Assembly (NCBI GenBank): GCA_963828345.1
Contig: CAWHEZ010000004.1
Span: 64,539 to 128,538, forward strand
Source: an uncultured delta proteobacterium
Lineage (GTDB): Bacteria > Desulfobacterota > Desulfobacteria > Desulfobacterales > SpSt-501
Direction: 5' to 3'
DNA length: 64,000 nt
Positions 1 through 9,391 of this stretch are shown piece after piece (positions within the stretch are counted from its first letter, which is position 1; each line of letters opens with the position of its first letter). The notes under the pieces are model-generated. The model made no database searches and was not told the DNA's origin. It was given only the letters and a program-made list of their open reading frames with translations. The translations under genes and the position numbers were made by a program.

Positions 1-501
1 CGCGAGACCCTGCCCCTGGTGCGCTGCATGCGGTTGGGGGTCGCGCCGGTTCTCGGGGAGGAACGGGCCCGGTTCTCGCTGCTGTTCGTCGAGGACCTGG
101 CCGATGCCGTTTGCCACCTGCTCGACACCCCGCACTGGCGGCCGGGGCCGTTCGAAATCCACGACGGGCAGGCGGGCGGGTACGGCTGGGGCGACCTGGT
201 CCGGACGGTGGGCCGGATCGTCGGCCGGCGGGTTCATGCCGTGCGCATCCCGGCCCCGCTCCTGCGGGTCGCCGCCCGGGTCAGCCTGGGGGTTGCCCGC
301 CGATGCGGCGGCCTGCCGATGCTCACGCCCGGCAAGGTCCGGGAGCTGACCCACCCCGACTGGGTGTGCGACGACGCCCCGCTGCGCGCGGCGACCGGCT
401 GGCGACCGGCGACACTGCTGGAGCCCGGCATGCGGCGCACGCTCGCGCGGCTGCGCGGCGGGCGCTGGGCGGACGGGCAGCGCGGATCGCGCAACCGTTG
501 A
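1..501 (+). CDS. NAD-dependent epimerase/dehydratase-family (extended SDR) reductase, C-terminal part; the 5' end lies outside the window
   Basis: Frame 1 is open from base 1 to the TGA at 499-501. The C-terminal region (LLFVEDLADAV, LTPGKVRELTHPDW) resembles extended-SDR/NDUFA9-like reductases. It lies directly upstream of ACP and an alpha-oxoamine synthase. Confidence 0.6.
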   Translation, partial: RETLPLVRCMRLGVAPVLGEERARFSLLFVEDLADAVCHLLDTPHWRPGPFEIHDGQAGGYGWGDLVRTVGRIVGRRVHAVRIPAPLLRVAARVSLGVARRCGGLPMLTPGKVRELTHPDWVCDDAPLRAATGWRPATLLEPGMRRTLARLRGGRWADGQRGSRNR

Positions 502-598
502 TTCTTTCGCGCCGTTCGTCTAAAAAGGAAACATCCTGAACGGATACGAGCGTGCCGCTGCCGGCGCGCGTTCATCGCAGATACGTCGAGGACCGGGT

Positions 599-847
599 AT
601 GCAGACATACGAAGAACTCCTGTCGCAGGTGATCGAGATGGTGCAGCCGCTGGCCCCTCAGGGGCGCAGCGTCCGCGAGGACACGGACTTGGTCTCCGAC
701 CTCGAGTTCGACTCCCTCAAGGTCATGAGCCTCGTCGAACGGGTGGAAGACCGGTTCGACATCTCGATCCCGCTCAACATCCTGCCGGACGTCCGCACCG
801 TTCGCGACTTTACCGTGCAGCTCCAGAAACTGTTGGGGAAAGTGTGA
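599..847 (+). CDS. acyl carrier protein
   Basis: 82 aa, acidic, with the phosphopantetheine-attachment motif LEFDSLKVMSL (DSL). Its stop overlaps or abuts the next gene's start. Confidence 0.85.
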   Translation: MQTYEELLSQVIEMVQPLAPQGRSVREDTDLVSDLEFDSLKVMSLVERVEDRFDISIPLNILPDVRTVRDFTVQLQKLLGKV

Positions 848-2052
848 CCATGGCGATTTTCGACAAGTTCCAGCAACTGGCCGCCACGCGCCAGGCCCTG
901 TCCGAAAGCGGGATCCAGGCGATCAGCGTGGTGATGGACCAGGTGGTTTCGGCCACCGAAGCGGTGGTGAACGGGCAGCGCGTCATCCTGGCCGGAACCA
1001 ACAACTACCTCGGGCTCACCTTCCACCCCGACTGCATCGAAGCCGCCTGCCAGGCGGTGCGCACCCAGGGCACCGGGACCACCGGCTCGCGGGCCGCCAA
1101 CGGCAGCTACTCGATCCACGTCCAGCTCGAGCGCGAGCTGGCCGATTTCCTCGGCCGGCGCGGGGTGATCGTCTTTTCGACCGGCTACGTGGCCAATCTC
1201 GGCATGCTGTCCACCCTGGCCGGCCCCGGGGATGTCTTCGTGATCGACGGGGACAGCCACGCCAGCATCTACGACGGGTGCCGCCTGAGCGGGGCGGAGA
1301 TCATCCGCTTCCGGCACAACGACCCGGCCGACCTGGACAAGCGGCTGCGCCGCCTCGGCGACCGGATCGCGAACACCCTCATCGTGGTGGAGGGCATCTA
1401 CAGCATGCTGGGCGACCGGGCGCCCCTGGCCGACATCGCCGCCGTCAAGCGCCGCCACCCGGGCGCGATGCTGGTGGTCGACGAGGCGCACTCGCTCGGG
1501 GTCCTCGGGGAGCACGGCCGGGGCATGGCCGAGGAGGCCGGGGTCGAAGCGGACGTCGACTTCGTCATCGGCACCTTCAGCAAGAGCCTGGGGGCGATCG
1601 GCGGGTACTGCGGCAGCGACCACCCCGAGCTCGACCTCATGCGCTTCGCCAACCGGCCCTACGTCTTCACCGCCTCCCCTTCGCCATCGATCATCGCTTC
1701 CACCCGGACCGCCCTCGCGGTCTTGCGGTCGCGCCCGGAGCTGCGCGATCGACTGTGGGAAAACGCCCGAACCCTCTACGGCCGCCTGCGCGACCTGGGG
1801 TATACTCTCGGCCCGGAGCCGAGCCCGATCATCGCCGTGCGTTTCGCGGAACGCGAGAAGGCCTTCGCGGCCTGGACGGCCCTGATCGAACGCGGGGTCT
1901 ACGTGAACCTCGTGCTGCCGCCCGCATCGCCCGACGGCGGGTCCCTGCTGCGCTGCAGCGTCAGCGCCGGCCACACCCCCGAGCAGATCGAGCACATCGC
2001 GCGGGCGTTCGGCGAGTTGCCGAAACCCATCGCCGGCCTGTCGGGCGCCTGA
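844..2052 (+). CDS. PLP-dependent alpha-oxoamine synthase (serine palmitoyltransferase / Kbl / BioF family)
   Basis: 402 aa. PLP-lysine motif GTFSKSLGAIGGY, plus GTTGSRAANG and DEAHSLGVLG motifs typical of the AOS family. Start is GTG 844 (overlapping the ACP stop) or ATG 850. Confidence 0.9.
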   Translation: MTMAIFDKFQQLAATRQALSESGIQAISVVMDQVVSATEAVVNGQRVILAGTNNYLGLTFHPDCIEAACQAVRTQGTGTTGSRAANGSYSIHVQLERELADFLGRRGVIVFSTGYVANLGMLSTLAGPGDVFVIDGDSHASIYDGCRLSGAEIIRFRHNDPADLDKRLRRLGDRIANTLIVVEGIYSMLGDRAPLADIAAVKRRHPGAMLVVDEAHSLGVLGEHGRGMAEEAGVEADVDFVIGTFSKSLGAIGGYCGSDHPELDLMRFANRPYVFTASPSPSIIASTRTALAVLRSRPELRDRLWENARTLYGRLRDLGYTLGPEPSPIIAVRFAEREKAFAAWTALIERGVYVNLVLPPASPDGGSLLRCSVSAGHTPEQIEHIARAFGELPKPIAGLSGA

Positions 2053-2101
2053 CGGGCTATCACCCTCCGGAGCAGGTTCTGAACGGGAAGCGTCTTCATT
2101 C

Positions 2102-3868
2102 ATGAGGCTTTTCTTTACACTCGCGCGGAAGTATCCGTGGCAGACGATTCTGACCCTGGTCGCTATCCTGTTCGCCGGGATATCCGAAGGCTTCGGCATC
2201 TCATCGCTGCTGCCGCTCCTCAACACGCTCTTTAACCAGGCCTCACAGGACGGCGCCGCCGCGGGTTCCCAACCTGCGTGGAGCCAGACGATAGACCAGA
2301 TTGTAAAGGAGGCCCTGGGGGTAATCGGCCTCGCCCCGAGCGTCGCGATCCTGTTGAGCCTGTTCGTCGCCTGCATCGCTCTCAAATGTCTGCTGGTCTA
2401 CCTGGCCAACAAGCAGATCGGGCTCACGGTGGTGATGATTGCCACCGACATGCGCCTGACCCTGCTCAAGTCCCTCTTCGCCTCCAACTGGGAATATTTC
2501 ATCCGCCAGCCGGTCGGGCAGCTGACCAACGCCGTCGCTACCGAGGCGCATCGCGCCTCAACCGCTTTCAGCTTCGGCGCCAAGATGGCGTCCATGCTGA
2601 TCGAGGCCATGGTCTACACGGTCCTGGCGCTCCTGGTCTCCTGGAAAGCCACGCTGATCGCGCTGGGCGGGGGCGTCTTCATCGTGGTCATCCTGCGGCG
2701 GCTGGTTCGCAAAAACCGACGGGCCGGCGCCAAGCAGACCGTCCACATGCAGTCCTTGATCGCCCAGATGACCGATGTCCTCATTTCGATCAAGCCGTTG
2801 AAAGCCATGGCACGTGAAAAGCAGTCCGACGTGGTGTTGACCGACACCACCCGTCGCCTGAACCGTGCGCTCCAAAAGCAGGTCCTGAGCAAAGCCGCAC
2901 TCGGCTCGTTCCAGGAGCCGCTCACCATGGTGTTCTTGGTTCTTTGCCTCTATATCGCCCTGTCGTATTGGGACCTGTCCCCCACGGCCATCATCGCCAT
3001 GGTCTTCTTCATCGGAAAAACTCTCAAGCAAATCGAAAAAATCCAAAAAGAATACGTGAACCTGGTCGAATACGACAGCGCCTACTGGTCGCTGCTCGAA
3101 AAAATCGAGGGGGCACGGAACGCCCGGGAACTGTTCACCGGGACGCTGCAACCGGTCTTCGCCCGCGAGGTCCGGATCGACGGCGTGAGTTTCGCCTATG
3201 GCGACCGCACGGTGTTGGACGACGTGTCGCTGGTGCTCCCGGCGGGGTCCTTTTCGGCGCTGCTGGGCCCTTCCGGTTCGGGGAAAAGCACTCTCGCAGA
3301 CCTGCTGACAGGGTTGCTTCGCCCACAGAAGGGTGATATCTGGGTCGACGGCGCGCCCCTGTCGCAGATCGATATCGGCAGCTGGCGCGAGATGATCGGA
3401 TACGTGCCGCAGGAAAACCTGCTCATGCACGACACGGTCCTCAACAACGTCACGCTGGGAGAGGCCGCCATCAGCGAAGAGGATGTGGAAACCGCGCTGC
3501 GGGCCGCCGGGGCATGGGATTTTGTCCAGCACATGCCCGAGGGTGTCCGCAGCATCGTCGGGGAACGCGGCAGCATGGTTTCCGGGGGCCAGCGCCAGCG
3601 CATCGCCATAGCGCGCGCATTGGTCAAGCGCCCGAAATTGTTGATCCTGGACGAGGCGACGACAGCGCTCGACCCGAAAACCGAAAGAGAGATCTGCGTG
3701 ACCCTCCAGCAGTTGAAGGGGGGCGTCACCATCCTGGCGGTTTCGCATCAATCGGCGGTCGTGGAATGTGCCGATTGGGCCTACCAGCTGAAGGAAGGCA
3801 AGCTGACTCAGATCAAGGCGCCGACGGGGCCGGTGACTCGGCCTGAATCGCTGAGGACGATTTCCTGA
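2102..3868 (+). CDS. ABC exporter with fused permease and ATPase (MsbA/lipid-flippase-like)
   Basis: 588 aa. Hydrophobic six-TM-like N-terminal half. C-terminal NBD with Walker A GPSGSGKST, signature VSGGQRQRIAIARAL and Walker B LLILDEATTALD. Confidence 0.9.
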   Translation: MRLFFTLARKYPWQTILTLVAILFAGISEGFGISSLLPLLNTLFNQASQDGAAAGSQPAWSQTIDQIVKEALGVIGLAPSVAILLSLFVACIALKCLLVYLANKQIGLTVVMIATDMRLTLLKSLFASNWEYFIRQPVGQLTNAVATEAHRASTAFSFGAKMASMLIEAMVYTVLALLVSWKATLIALGGGVFIVVILRRLVRKNRRAGAKQTVHMQSLIAQMTDVLISIKPLKAMAREKQSDVVLTDTTRRLNRALQKQVLSKAALGSFQEPLTMVFLVLCLYIALSYWDLSPTAIIAMVFFIGKTLKQIEKIQKEYVNLVEYDSAYWSLLEKIEGARNARELFTGTLQPVFAREVRIDGVSFAYGDRTVLDDVSLVLPAGSFSALLGPSGSGKSTLADLLTGLLRPQKGDIWVDGAPLSQIDIGSWREMIGYVPQENLLMHDTVLNNVTLGEAAISEEDVETALRAAGAWDFVQHMPEGVRSIVGERGSMVSGGQRQRIAIARALVKRPKLLILDEATTALDPKTEREICVTLQQLKGGVTILAVSHQSAVVECADWAYQLKEGKLTQIKAPTGPVTRPESLRTIS

Positions 3869-4074
3869 GCGGTCGCCTCTCCGCCCGGGCCTACTCGCCC
3901 GGATGGGACGGTTCGCGCCGCGTGAGCGCTTCAGCGTTTCCCGAGACCGGTCAGGTTCCGGGAGCCGACCGGCGACACCGGCGGCGATCCTGAAGAAATT
4001 CAAACCGCTTGAAAAAAACGACCGCTGCTGCGGTCGCACCACGTTTCACCATTAATTCAATGGGGGGGATAGAC

Positions 4075-5142
4075 ATGCACAGGTTAGTCATTGATCAAAA
4101 GACCATCGACGACACGACCGACTGTTATTCGATTGCGGAGATCGGGCACAACCATCAGGGCAAGGTGAAGACCTGTCTGGAGATGTTCAAGGTGGCCAAG
4201 GAGTGCGGGGCGGACGCGGTGAAGCTGCAGAAGCGCGACAACCGCAGCCTCTACACGGCCGCGGGCTATGCCAAGCCCTACGACAACGAGAACAGCTACG
4301 GGGCCACCTACGGGGAGCACCGCGAGGCGCTGGAGTTCGGGGAGAGCGAGTACCGGGAGCTGAAGGCCTACGCCAAGGAGATCGGGGTGACGATGTTCGC
4401 CACGGCCTTTGATTTCCCGAGCGTGGATTTTCTGGCCAAGCTGGACATGCCGGCCTACAAGGTGGCCTCGGGGGATTTGAAGAACACGCCGCTGCTGGCC
4501 TACATGGCGAAGGTGGGCAAGCCGATCGTCTTGAGCACGGGCGGGGGCACGATGGAGGACGTCAACCGGGCCTACGACACGATCATGCCGATCAACCCGC
4601 AGCTGTGCATCCTGCAGTGCACGGCGGGGTATCCGGCGGCCTTCGAGGAGTTGAACCTGCGGGTGATCACCACCTTCCGCGAGCGGTTTCCGCAGGCGGT
4701 GGTGGGGCTGTCCTCGCACGACAACGGGATTGCGATGGCGCTGGCGGCCTACCTGCTGGGGGCGCGGGTGGTGGAGAAGCACTTCACGCTGAACCACACC
4801 ATGAAGGGCACGGACCACGCCTTTTCGCTGGAGCCGATCGGGTTTCAGAAGATGGTGCGGGACCTCCGGCGGGTGCGCACGGCGCTGGGCGACGGGGTGA
4901 AGCGGGTGTACGACAGCGAGGTGACCCCGATGGTGAAGATGGGCAAGCAGCTGGTGGCGGCGCGGGATCTGCCGGCGGGGCACGCGATCCGGCGCGAGGA
5001 CATCGCCATCAAGTCGCCCGGGGGCGGTCTGCAGCCCTACGAGATCGACAAGGTCATCGGCCGCACCACGCGCGTGGCGCTCAAGGCCGACGACGCCTTC
5101 AGCTTCGAAACCCTCAACGGCGCCGGACCCCTGAAGAAGTAG
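4075..5142 (+). CDS. NeuB-family nonulosonic/sialic acid synthase with C-terminal SAF domain, closest in motif content to animal NANS-type (sugar-9-phosphate) synthases
   Basis: Motifs IAEIGHNHQG, ADAVKLQKR, YGATYGEHREALEF, ILQCTAGYP, LSSHDNG and KGTDHAFSLEP. Preferred start is ATG 4075, preceded by a G-rich RBS at 4062-4069; the ORF track starts at 4009. Confidence 0.9.
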   Translation: MHRLVIDQKTIDDTTDCYSIAEIGHNHQGKVKTCLEMFKVAKECGADAVKLQKRDNRSLYTAAGYAKPYDNENSYGATYGEHREALEFGESEYRELKAYAKEIGVTMFATAFDFPSVDFLAKLDMPAYKVASGDLKNTPLLAYMAKVGKPIVLSTGGGTMEDVNRAYDTIMPINPQLCILQCTAGYPAAFEELNLRVITTFRERFPQAVVGLSSHDNGIAMALAAYLLGARVVEKHFTLNHTMKGTDHAFSLEPIGFQKMVRDLRRVRTALGDGVKRVYDSEVTPMVKMGKQLVAARDLPAGHAIRREDIAIKSPGGGLQPYEIDKVIGRTTRVALKADDAFSFETLNGAGPLKK

Positions 5143-5147
5143 GCCGG

Positions 5148-5957
5148 ATGGACGCCTTCGACCTCAAGGGGGAGATCGCCGTGGTCACCGGCGCCCTGGG
5201 CAAACTGGGACCGGTGTGGGTGGAAACGCTCTTGGACGCGGGGGCGAACGTCCTGGCCATAGACCGTGCCGGGGCCCCACCGTCCAAGGCGTTCACGGAC
5301 CTCAGCGGGCGGTTCGGCCCGGAACGGCTGACCTGCGCCGCAGCGGACGTCTGCAGCCGGCCCGAGCTCGAAACGGCCCTCGCCCGCTGCACCGAGGTCT
5401 TCGGCTCCCCGACCATCCTCGTCAACAACGCCGGGATCGATGCGCCGCCCGCGGCCGACGGCAAAGGGTACCGTCTGGATGAGATCCCGCTGGCGGTGAA
5501 CCTGCGGATCCTCGAGGTGAACGCCGCGGGCCTGTTCCTGGTCTCCCAGGTGTTCGGCGCCGCCATGGCGGCCAACCGCCGAGGCTCCATCATCAACATC
5601 GGCTCCCTCTACGCCAGCGTCTCGCCGGACGCACGGTTTTACGACCACATCCCGTGCGATCCCCCGTTCATCAAGCCGCCGGCCTACGGGGCGTCCAAGG
5701 CGGCCGTCATCAACCTCACGAAATACCTGGCCGCCCATCTGGCGCCGCACGGGGTGCGCGTCAATGCCCTCTCCCCGGGCGGGGTCCTGGGCGGGCAGGA
5801 CGAGGACTTCAAACGCAAGTTCTGCGCGCGAGTCCCCCTCGGCCGCATGGCCACCGCGGAGGACCTGCGCGGCCCGCTCCTGTTTCTATCCTCGCCGGCA
5901 TCCGCTTACGTTACCGGGATCAACCTGAAAGTGGACGGCGGCTTCACCGTCTGGTAA
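5148..5957 (+). CDS. short-chain dehydrogenase/reductase (SDR)
   Basis: ATG at 5148, in frame within track ORF 4605..5957. TGALGKLG cofactor motif, NNAG, and YGASKAA catalytic YxxxK. Confidence 0.9.
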   Translation: MDAFDLKGEIAVVTGALGKLGPVWVETLLDAGANVLAIDRAGAPPSKAFTDLSGRFGPERLTCAAADVCSRPELETALARCTEVFGSPTILVNNAGIDAPPAADGKGYRLDEIPLAVNLRILEVNAAGLFLVSQVFGAAMAANRRGSIINIGSLYASVSPDARFYDHIPCDPPFIKPPAYGASKAAVINLTKYLAAHLAPHGVRVNALSPGGVLGGQDEDFKRKFCARVPLGRMATAEDLRGPLLFLSSPASAYVTGINLKVDGGFTVW

Positions 5958-5961
5958 GAAA

Positions 5962-6002
5962 TTGAAGTCCGCCGGGGCACCCCGGCGGACTTCAATTTTT
6001 TT
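5962..6002 (+). terminator. rho-independent terminator after the SDR gene
   Basis: Near-perfect stem TTGAAGTCCGCCGGGG / CCCGGCGGACTTCAA followed by a T7 run. Confidence 0.7.
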
Positions 6003-6035
6003 CTGAAGGGGGAGACCCAAACGACCTCAACCTCC

Positions 6036-7508
6036 ATGAGCTATCCCGGCATCCCCGGGCTCATACCGAACTGGATCGACGGTCGCGAGTCGGACACATC
6101 GACGGGCGAGACCCTGCCGAAGGTTTCCCCCGTCACCGGCAGAGAGATCTGCCGGTTGGCACGCTCGCGCTCGGCCGACGTCGGGCTGGCGGTCGCTGCC
6201 GCGGCCCGCGCCTTCGGGGACTGGTCCGCGCTCACGCCCGTGCGGCGCGCCGAGCTGCTGCTGGCCGTCGCCCGGGAACTCGAGCGCCGACGCGAGGAGA
6301 TGGCCGCCATCGTGGCCGCCGAAACCGGCATGTCCGTCAAGGCCGCGCTGGCCGAGACCGGCGGGGCGATCGCGCTCGGCGAGTTCATGGCCGGCGAGGG
6401 GCGCCGGCTTTACGGCCGCACGACGACCAGCGCCGTGCCGCACCGGACGACGATGACGGTACGCGAGCCCCTCGGGGTCGCCGGCCTCATCATTGCCGCC
6501 AACACCCCGATCGCCAACGTCGCCTGGAAGGTGTTCCCGGCCCTCGTGTGCGGCAACGCGGCCGTCCTGAAGGCCGCCGAGGACACCCCGGCCACGGCCT
6601 GGTTCTTCGGCCGCATCGCCCATGACGCCGGCCTCCCCTCCGGGGTGCTCAACATCGTCCAGGGGTTGGGCGAAGACGCCGGCGCCCCGCTGGTGGCCGA
6701 CCCGCGCGTGGCCGTGGTCAGCTTCACGGGATCGACCGCCGTCGGCCGCGAAATTGCACGCGTGGCCGGCTCGCGCCTGGCCCGGGTGTCGCTCGAGCTG
6801 GGCGGCAAGAACCCGCTGGTGGTCTGCGACGACGCCGACCTCGACCAGGCGGCCCGCTGGGCGGCCCTCTCGGCCTTCAGCAACGCGGGCCAGCGCTGCG
6901 CGGCCGGCAGCCGCGTCATCGTGTTCGACGCGATCTACGAGCGCTTCCGCGACCGCCTCGTGGCGCTCGCCGAGGGGCTGAGGGTCGGCCCCGCCGACGA
7001 CGACGATTTCGGGCCGGTCATCAACGCGAACCAACTCGCGGGCATGCTGGCCGCCGTCGAGCGCGCGCGCGCCGCAGGGGCGCGGGTCCTGACCGGCGGC
7101 AGGCGCCTCACCGACCCCGCACACGCGGACGGGTTTTACCTGGCGCCGACCCTGCTCGAGAACGTGGCGCCGGACGCCGAGATCTCGACCACCGAGGTCT
7201 TCGGCCCGGTCGCCTGCCTCTACCGCGTCCGCGACTACGCGTCGGCCCTGGCGCTCGCCAACCGCTCCCCGTACGGTCTGACCGCCTGCATCCACACCCG
7301 CAGCATCCACCGCGCGCTCGACTTCACCCGGCGGGTCCAGGCGGGGGTGGTCGTGGTCAACGCGGGGACCTTCGGCAGCGAGCCCCACATGCCCTTCGGC
7401 GGGGTCAAGCAGTCCGGCAACGGCTCCCGCGAACCGGGCACCGAAGCGCTGGATGTCTACTCCAACCTGAAAAACGTGATCATGACCTTCGACCCGGGTC
7501 AAACCTGA
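6036..7508 (+). CDS. NAD(P)-dependent aldehyde dehydrogenase
   Basis: 490 aa. ELGGKNP catalytic Glu motif and FSNAGQRCAAGSR catalytic Cys motif. Confidence 0.9.
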   Translation: MSYPGIPGLIPNWIDGRESDTSTGETLPKVSPVTGREICRLARSRSADVGLAVAAAARAFGDWSALTPVRRAELLLAVARELERRREEMAAIVAAETGMSVKAALAETGGAIALGEFMAGEGRRLYGRTTTSAVPHRTTMTVREPLGVAGLIIAANTPIANVAWKVFPALVCGNAAVLKAAEDTPATAWFFGRIAHDAGLPSGVLNIVQGLGEDAGAPLVADPRVAVVSFTGSTAVGREIARVAGSRLARVSLELGGKNPLVVCDDADLDQAARWAALSAFSNAGQRCAAGSRVIVFDAIYERFRDRLVALAEGLRVGPADDDDFGPVINANQLAGMLAAVERARAAGARVLTGGRRLTDPAHADGFYLAPTLLENVAPDAEISTTEVFGPVACLYRVRDYASALALANRSPYGLTACIHTRSIHRALDFTRRVQAGVVVVNAGTFGSEPHMPFGGVKQSGNGSREPGTEALDVYSNLKNVIMTFDPGQT

Positions 7509-7539
7509 GCGACCGAAATCCTATAACCCCCTGACCTCG

Positions 7540-8304
7540 ATGGACCCCATGAGCTCGACACCTCCCAAGCCGTCTTGCATCGCCCTGATCCCGGCCCGCT
7601 CCGGATCCAAGCGGGTCCCGGACAAGAACATCCGGCCGCTGGCCGGCCACCCGCTGATCGCCTATTCGATCTGCGCCGCGCTCCAGAGCGGCGTGTTCGC
7701 GTCTGTCGTGGTCTCCACCGACTCCGAGGCCTACGCCCGCATCGCCCGGGAGCACGGGGCCGAGGTCCCGTTCATGCGCCCGGCCGAGTTCTCCGGCGAC
7801 ACCTCGCCCGACATCGAGTGGGTCGAGTACACGCTCAAGCGCCTGGCCGAGCAAGGCCGGCGCTACGACTGCTTCAGCATCCTGCGCCCCACCAGCCCGT
7901 TCCGGCTGCCCGAGACGATTCAGCGCGCGTGGACGGAGTTCTGCGCGGAGGAGGGGGTGGATTCGCTGCGGGCGGTCGAGAAGTGCGGCCAGCACCCCGG
8001 CAAGATGTGGGTGATCCGCGGCCGGCGCATGCTGCCCCTGCTGCCGTTCGGACCGGCCGAGCAGCCGTGGCACAGCAGCCAGTACCCTTCCCTGCCGCTC
8101 GTCCACGTCCAGAACGCAAGCCTCGAGATCGCCTGGTCCAGGGTGGTGTTCGAAACGCGTACCATCGCCGGCAACGTGCTCATGCCGTTCCTGACCCGCG
8201 ACGAGGAGGGGTTCGACGTCAACCAGCCTTACGACTGGGCACTGGCCGAGCAGATGGTCGCAACGGGGGCGGCTCGACTGCCGTCCGTCGAAAAAGCCCG
8301 GTAG
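7540..8304 (+). CDS. acylneuraminate cytidylyltransferase family (CMP-nonulosonic/ulosonic acid synthetase)
   Basis: N-terminal IALIPARSGSKRVPDKNIRPLAGHPLIAY, typical of NeuA/CMP-NulO synthetases. 254 aa. Confidence 0.85.
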   Translation: MDPMSSTPPKPSCIALIPARSGSKRVPDKNIRPLAGHPLIAYSICAALQSGVFASVVVSTDSEAYARIAREHGAEVPFMRPAEFSGDTSPDIEWVEYTLKRLAEQGRRYDCFSILRPTSPFRLPETIQRAWTEFCAEEGVDSLRAVEKCGQHPGKMWVIRGRRMLPLLPFGPAEQPWHSSQYPSLPLVHVQNASLEIAWSRVVFETRTIAGNVLMPFLTRDEEGFDVNQPYDWALAEQMVATGAARLPSVEKAR

Positions 8305-8441
8305 GAGTGTCTCGCCGGCGATTCAACCGGGAACGTCTCTTCGGTTGACTCCAGGCGGGATCGGGTTGCCCGGCGGGTGGGACCGCACCCAACCGGTTGA
8401 GTGGGAGACCCGGTGCTTCAGGTGGGGGGAGTCGGGCTGTG

Positions 8442-9383
8442 TCAGCCCGGGACCTCTATCTCGTACCAGTCGTAGGCGATGGATCGCCCGCCGAAGTTCT
8501 CCTTGTAGAGCGCCAGCCCGGCGTTCAGAAAGCGGCCGGACTGCTCGGTCGAAATCCCGAAGTCGAAATACGTCCTGTCCGCATAGACCTCCCGGATGAG
8601 ATGGTCCAGCACCAGATCGGCCGCCCCGAATTCCCGCCCTTCGTCGGTCGACGAGATGTATTGCGCGTGGGCAACCCCGGCATCGGCATAGACGATGACC
8701 CCGGCCAGCATGCCCCCCTCCCGAAACGCGCCGAACAGCCGGATGTTCTCGGGGAAGCGCTCGGCCAGGAGCCGGATCTCGGCCGCGGAGTGAACGGGTT
8801 TGGTGCCGTGGTATTTGCGCAGGACGTACTCCTCGATGGCCATGAACGCTTCGAAGTCGAGGCTGGGCTCCACGCTCACACCCGCCTTCCTGGCCTTGTT
8901 GATGCTCCACTTGCGCCCCTTGGCGTAAGGGAGCGGGTGGCGGATGGCGATGGTGGTGGACAGGTCCCGCCGGATCAGGCGGGCGCCCGTGACGAAAAGG
9001 AGGTACAGGTCCTCCTCCGCGGGCAGCCGGTGGTAGATGTGCGGCACGGGCTTGTAGACCAGCCGGCGCACCCCTCGTTGCCGCAAGTGATCCAGCAGGA
9101 GATCGAACGCGGCGCGCATACCGTCGATCGTCATCCGCTCGTCGGTGACCACCCCGCCGAAGGTCAACCCCCCGTGGGACACCCACTCGTCGCCGACGTG
9201 GTTGGCCGGGAGCACCGCCGCGATTCGGCCGCCCTCAAAAAACAGCAGCGAGCTGTCCGCAAACCGGTCGGCGTGGTAGTCCATGTAGTCTCGGCAGAAC
9301 AGGAACACCCCGTTCTTCGAGCGGCGGACGAACTCGTCCCAGGCGGACCGGTGATCGGGCGTGTAGGGGGTGACCGTCAGCAT
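8442..9383 (-). CDS. GNAT/FemAB-like acyl- or aminoacyl-transferase (glycan-modifying, function uncertain)
   Basis: Start trimmed to MLTVTPYTPDHRSAWDEF (ATG 9383), just after the upstream gene's stop at 9392. Two-lobed GNAT-like sequence of a type common in O-antigen/NulO loci. Confidence 0.55.
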   Translation of the reverse strand: MLTVTPYTPDHRSAWDEFVRRSKNGVFLFCRDYMDYHADRFADSSLLFFEGGRIAAVLPANHVGDEWVSHGGLTFGGVVTDERMTIDGMRAAFDLLLDHLRQRGVRRLVYKPVPHIYHRLPAEEDLYLLFVTGARLIRRDLSTTIAIRHPLPYAKGRKWSINKARKAGVSVEPSLDFEAFMAIEEYVLRKYHGTKPVHSAAEIRLLAERFPENIRLFGAFREGGMLAGVIVYADAGVAHAQYISSTDEGREFGAADLVLDHLIREVYADRTYFDFGISTEQSGRFLNAGLALYKENFGGRSIAYDWYEIEVPG

Positions 9384-9391
9384 GCCCGGCC

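Noticed and set aside
658-2385. 575-aa minus-strand ORF overlapping the ACP and AOS genes. The same applies to other long antisense or off-frame ORFs: 2558..4042(-), 6027..7502(-), 13905..15518(-), 15331..16653(-), 19089..21464(+), 21837..23453(-), 24411..26660(+), 26817..30521(+), 30603..32234(+), 33403..35094(+), 39751..40962(+), 41174..42595(+), 43564..45528(+), 45426..47255(+), 45466..48117(-), 49727..52426(+), 52643..55933(-), 55809..57386(-), 56663..58906(+), 57810..59675(-) and 60292..62412(-).
   Set aside because: Their translations are Arg/Gly/Pro/Ala/Asp-rich low-complexity strings with no recognisable motifs. They lie opposite or out of frame to ORFs with clear family signatures. 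This is the expected stop-codon-poor shadow of a high-GC genome.
8305-8441. Short inverted repeats (TCAACCG..CGGTTGA) between the convergent cytidylyltransferase and GNAT genes as a bidirectional terminator.
   Set aside because: The stems are short and interrupted and no U-tract follows on either strand. The evidence is insufficient.
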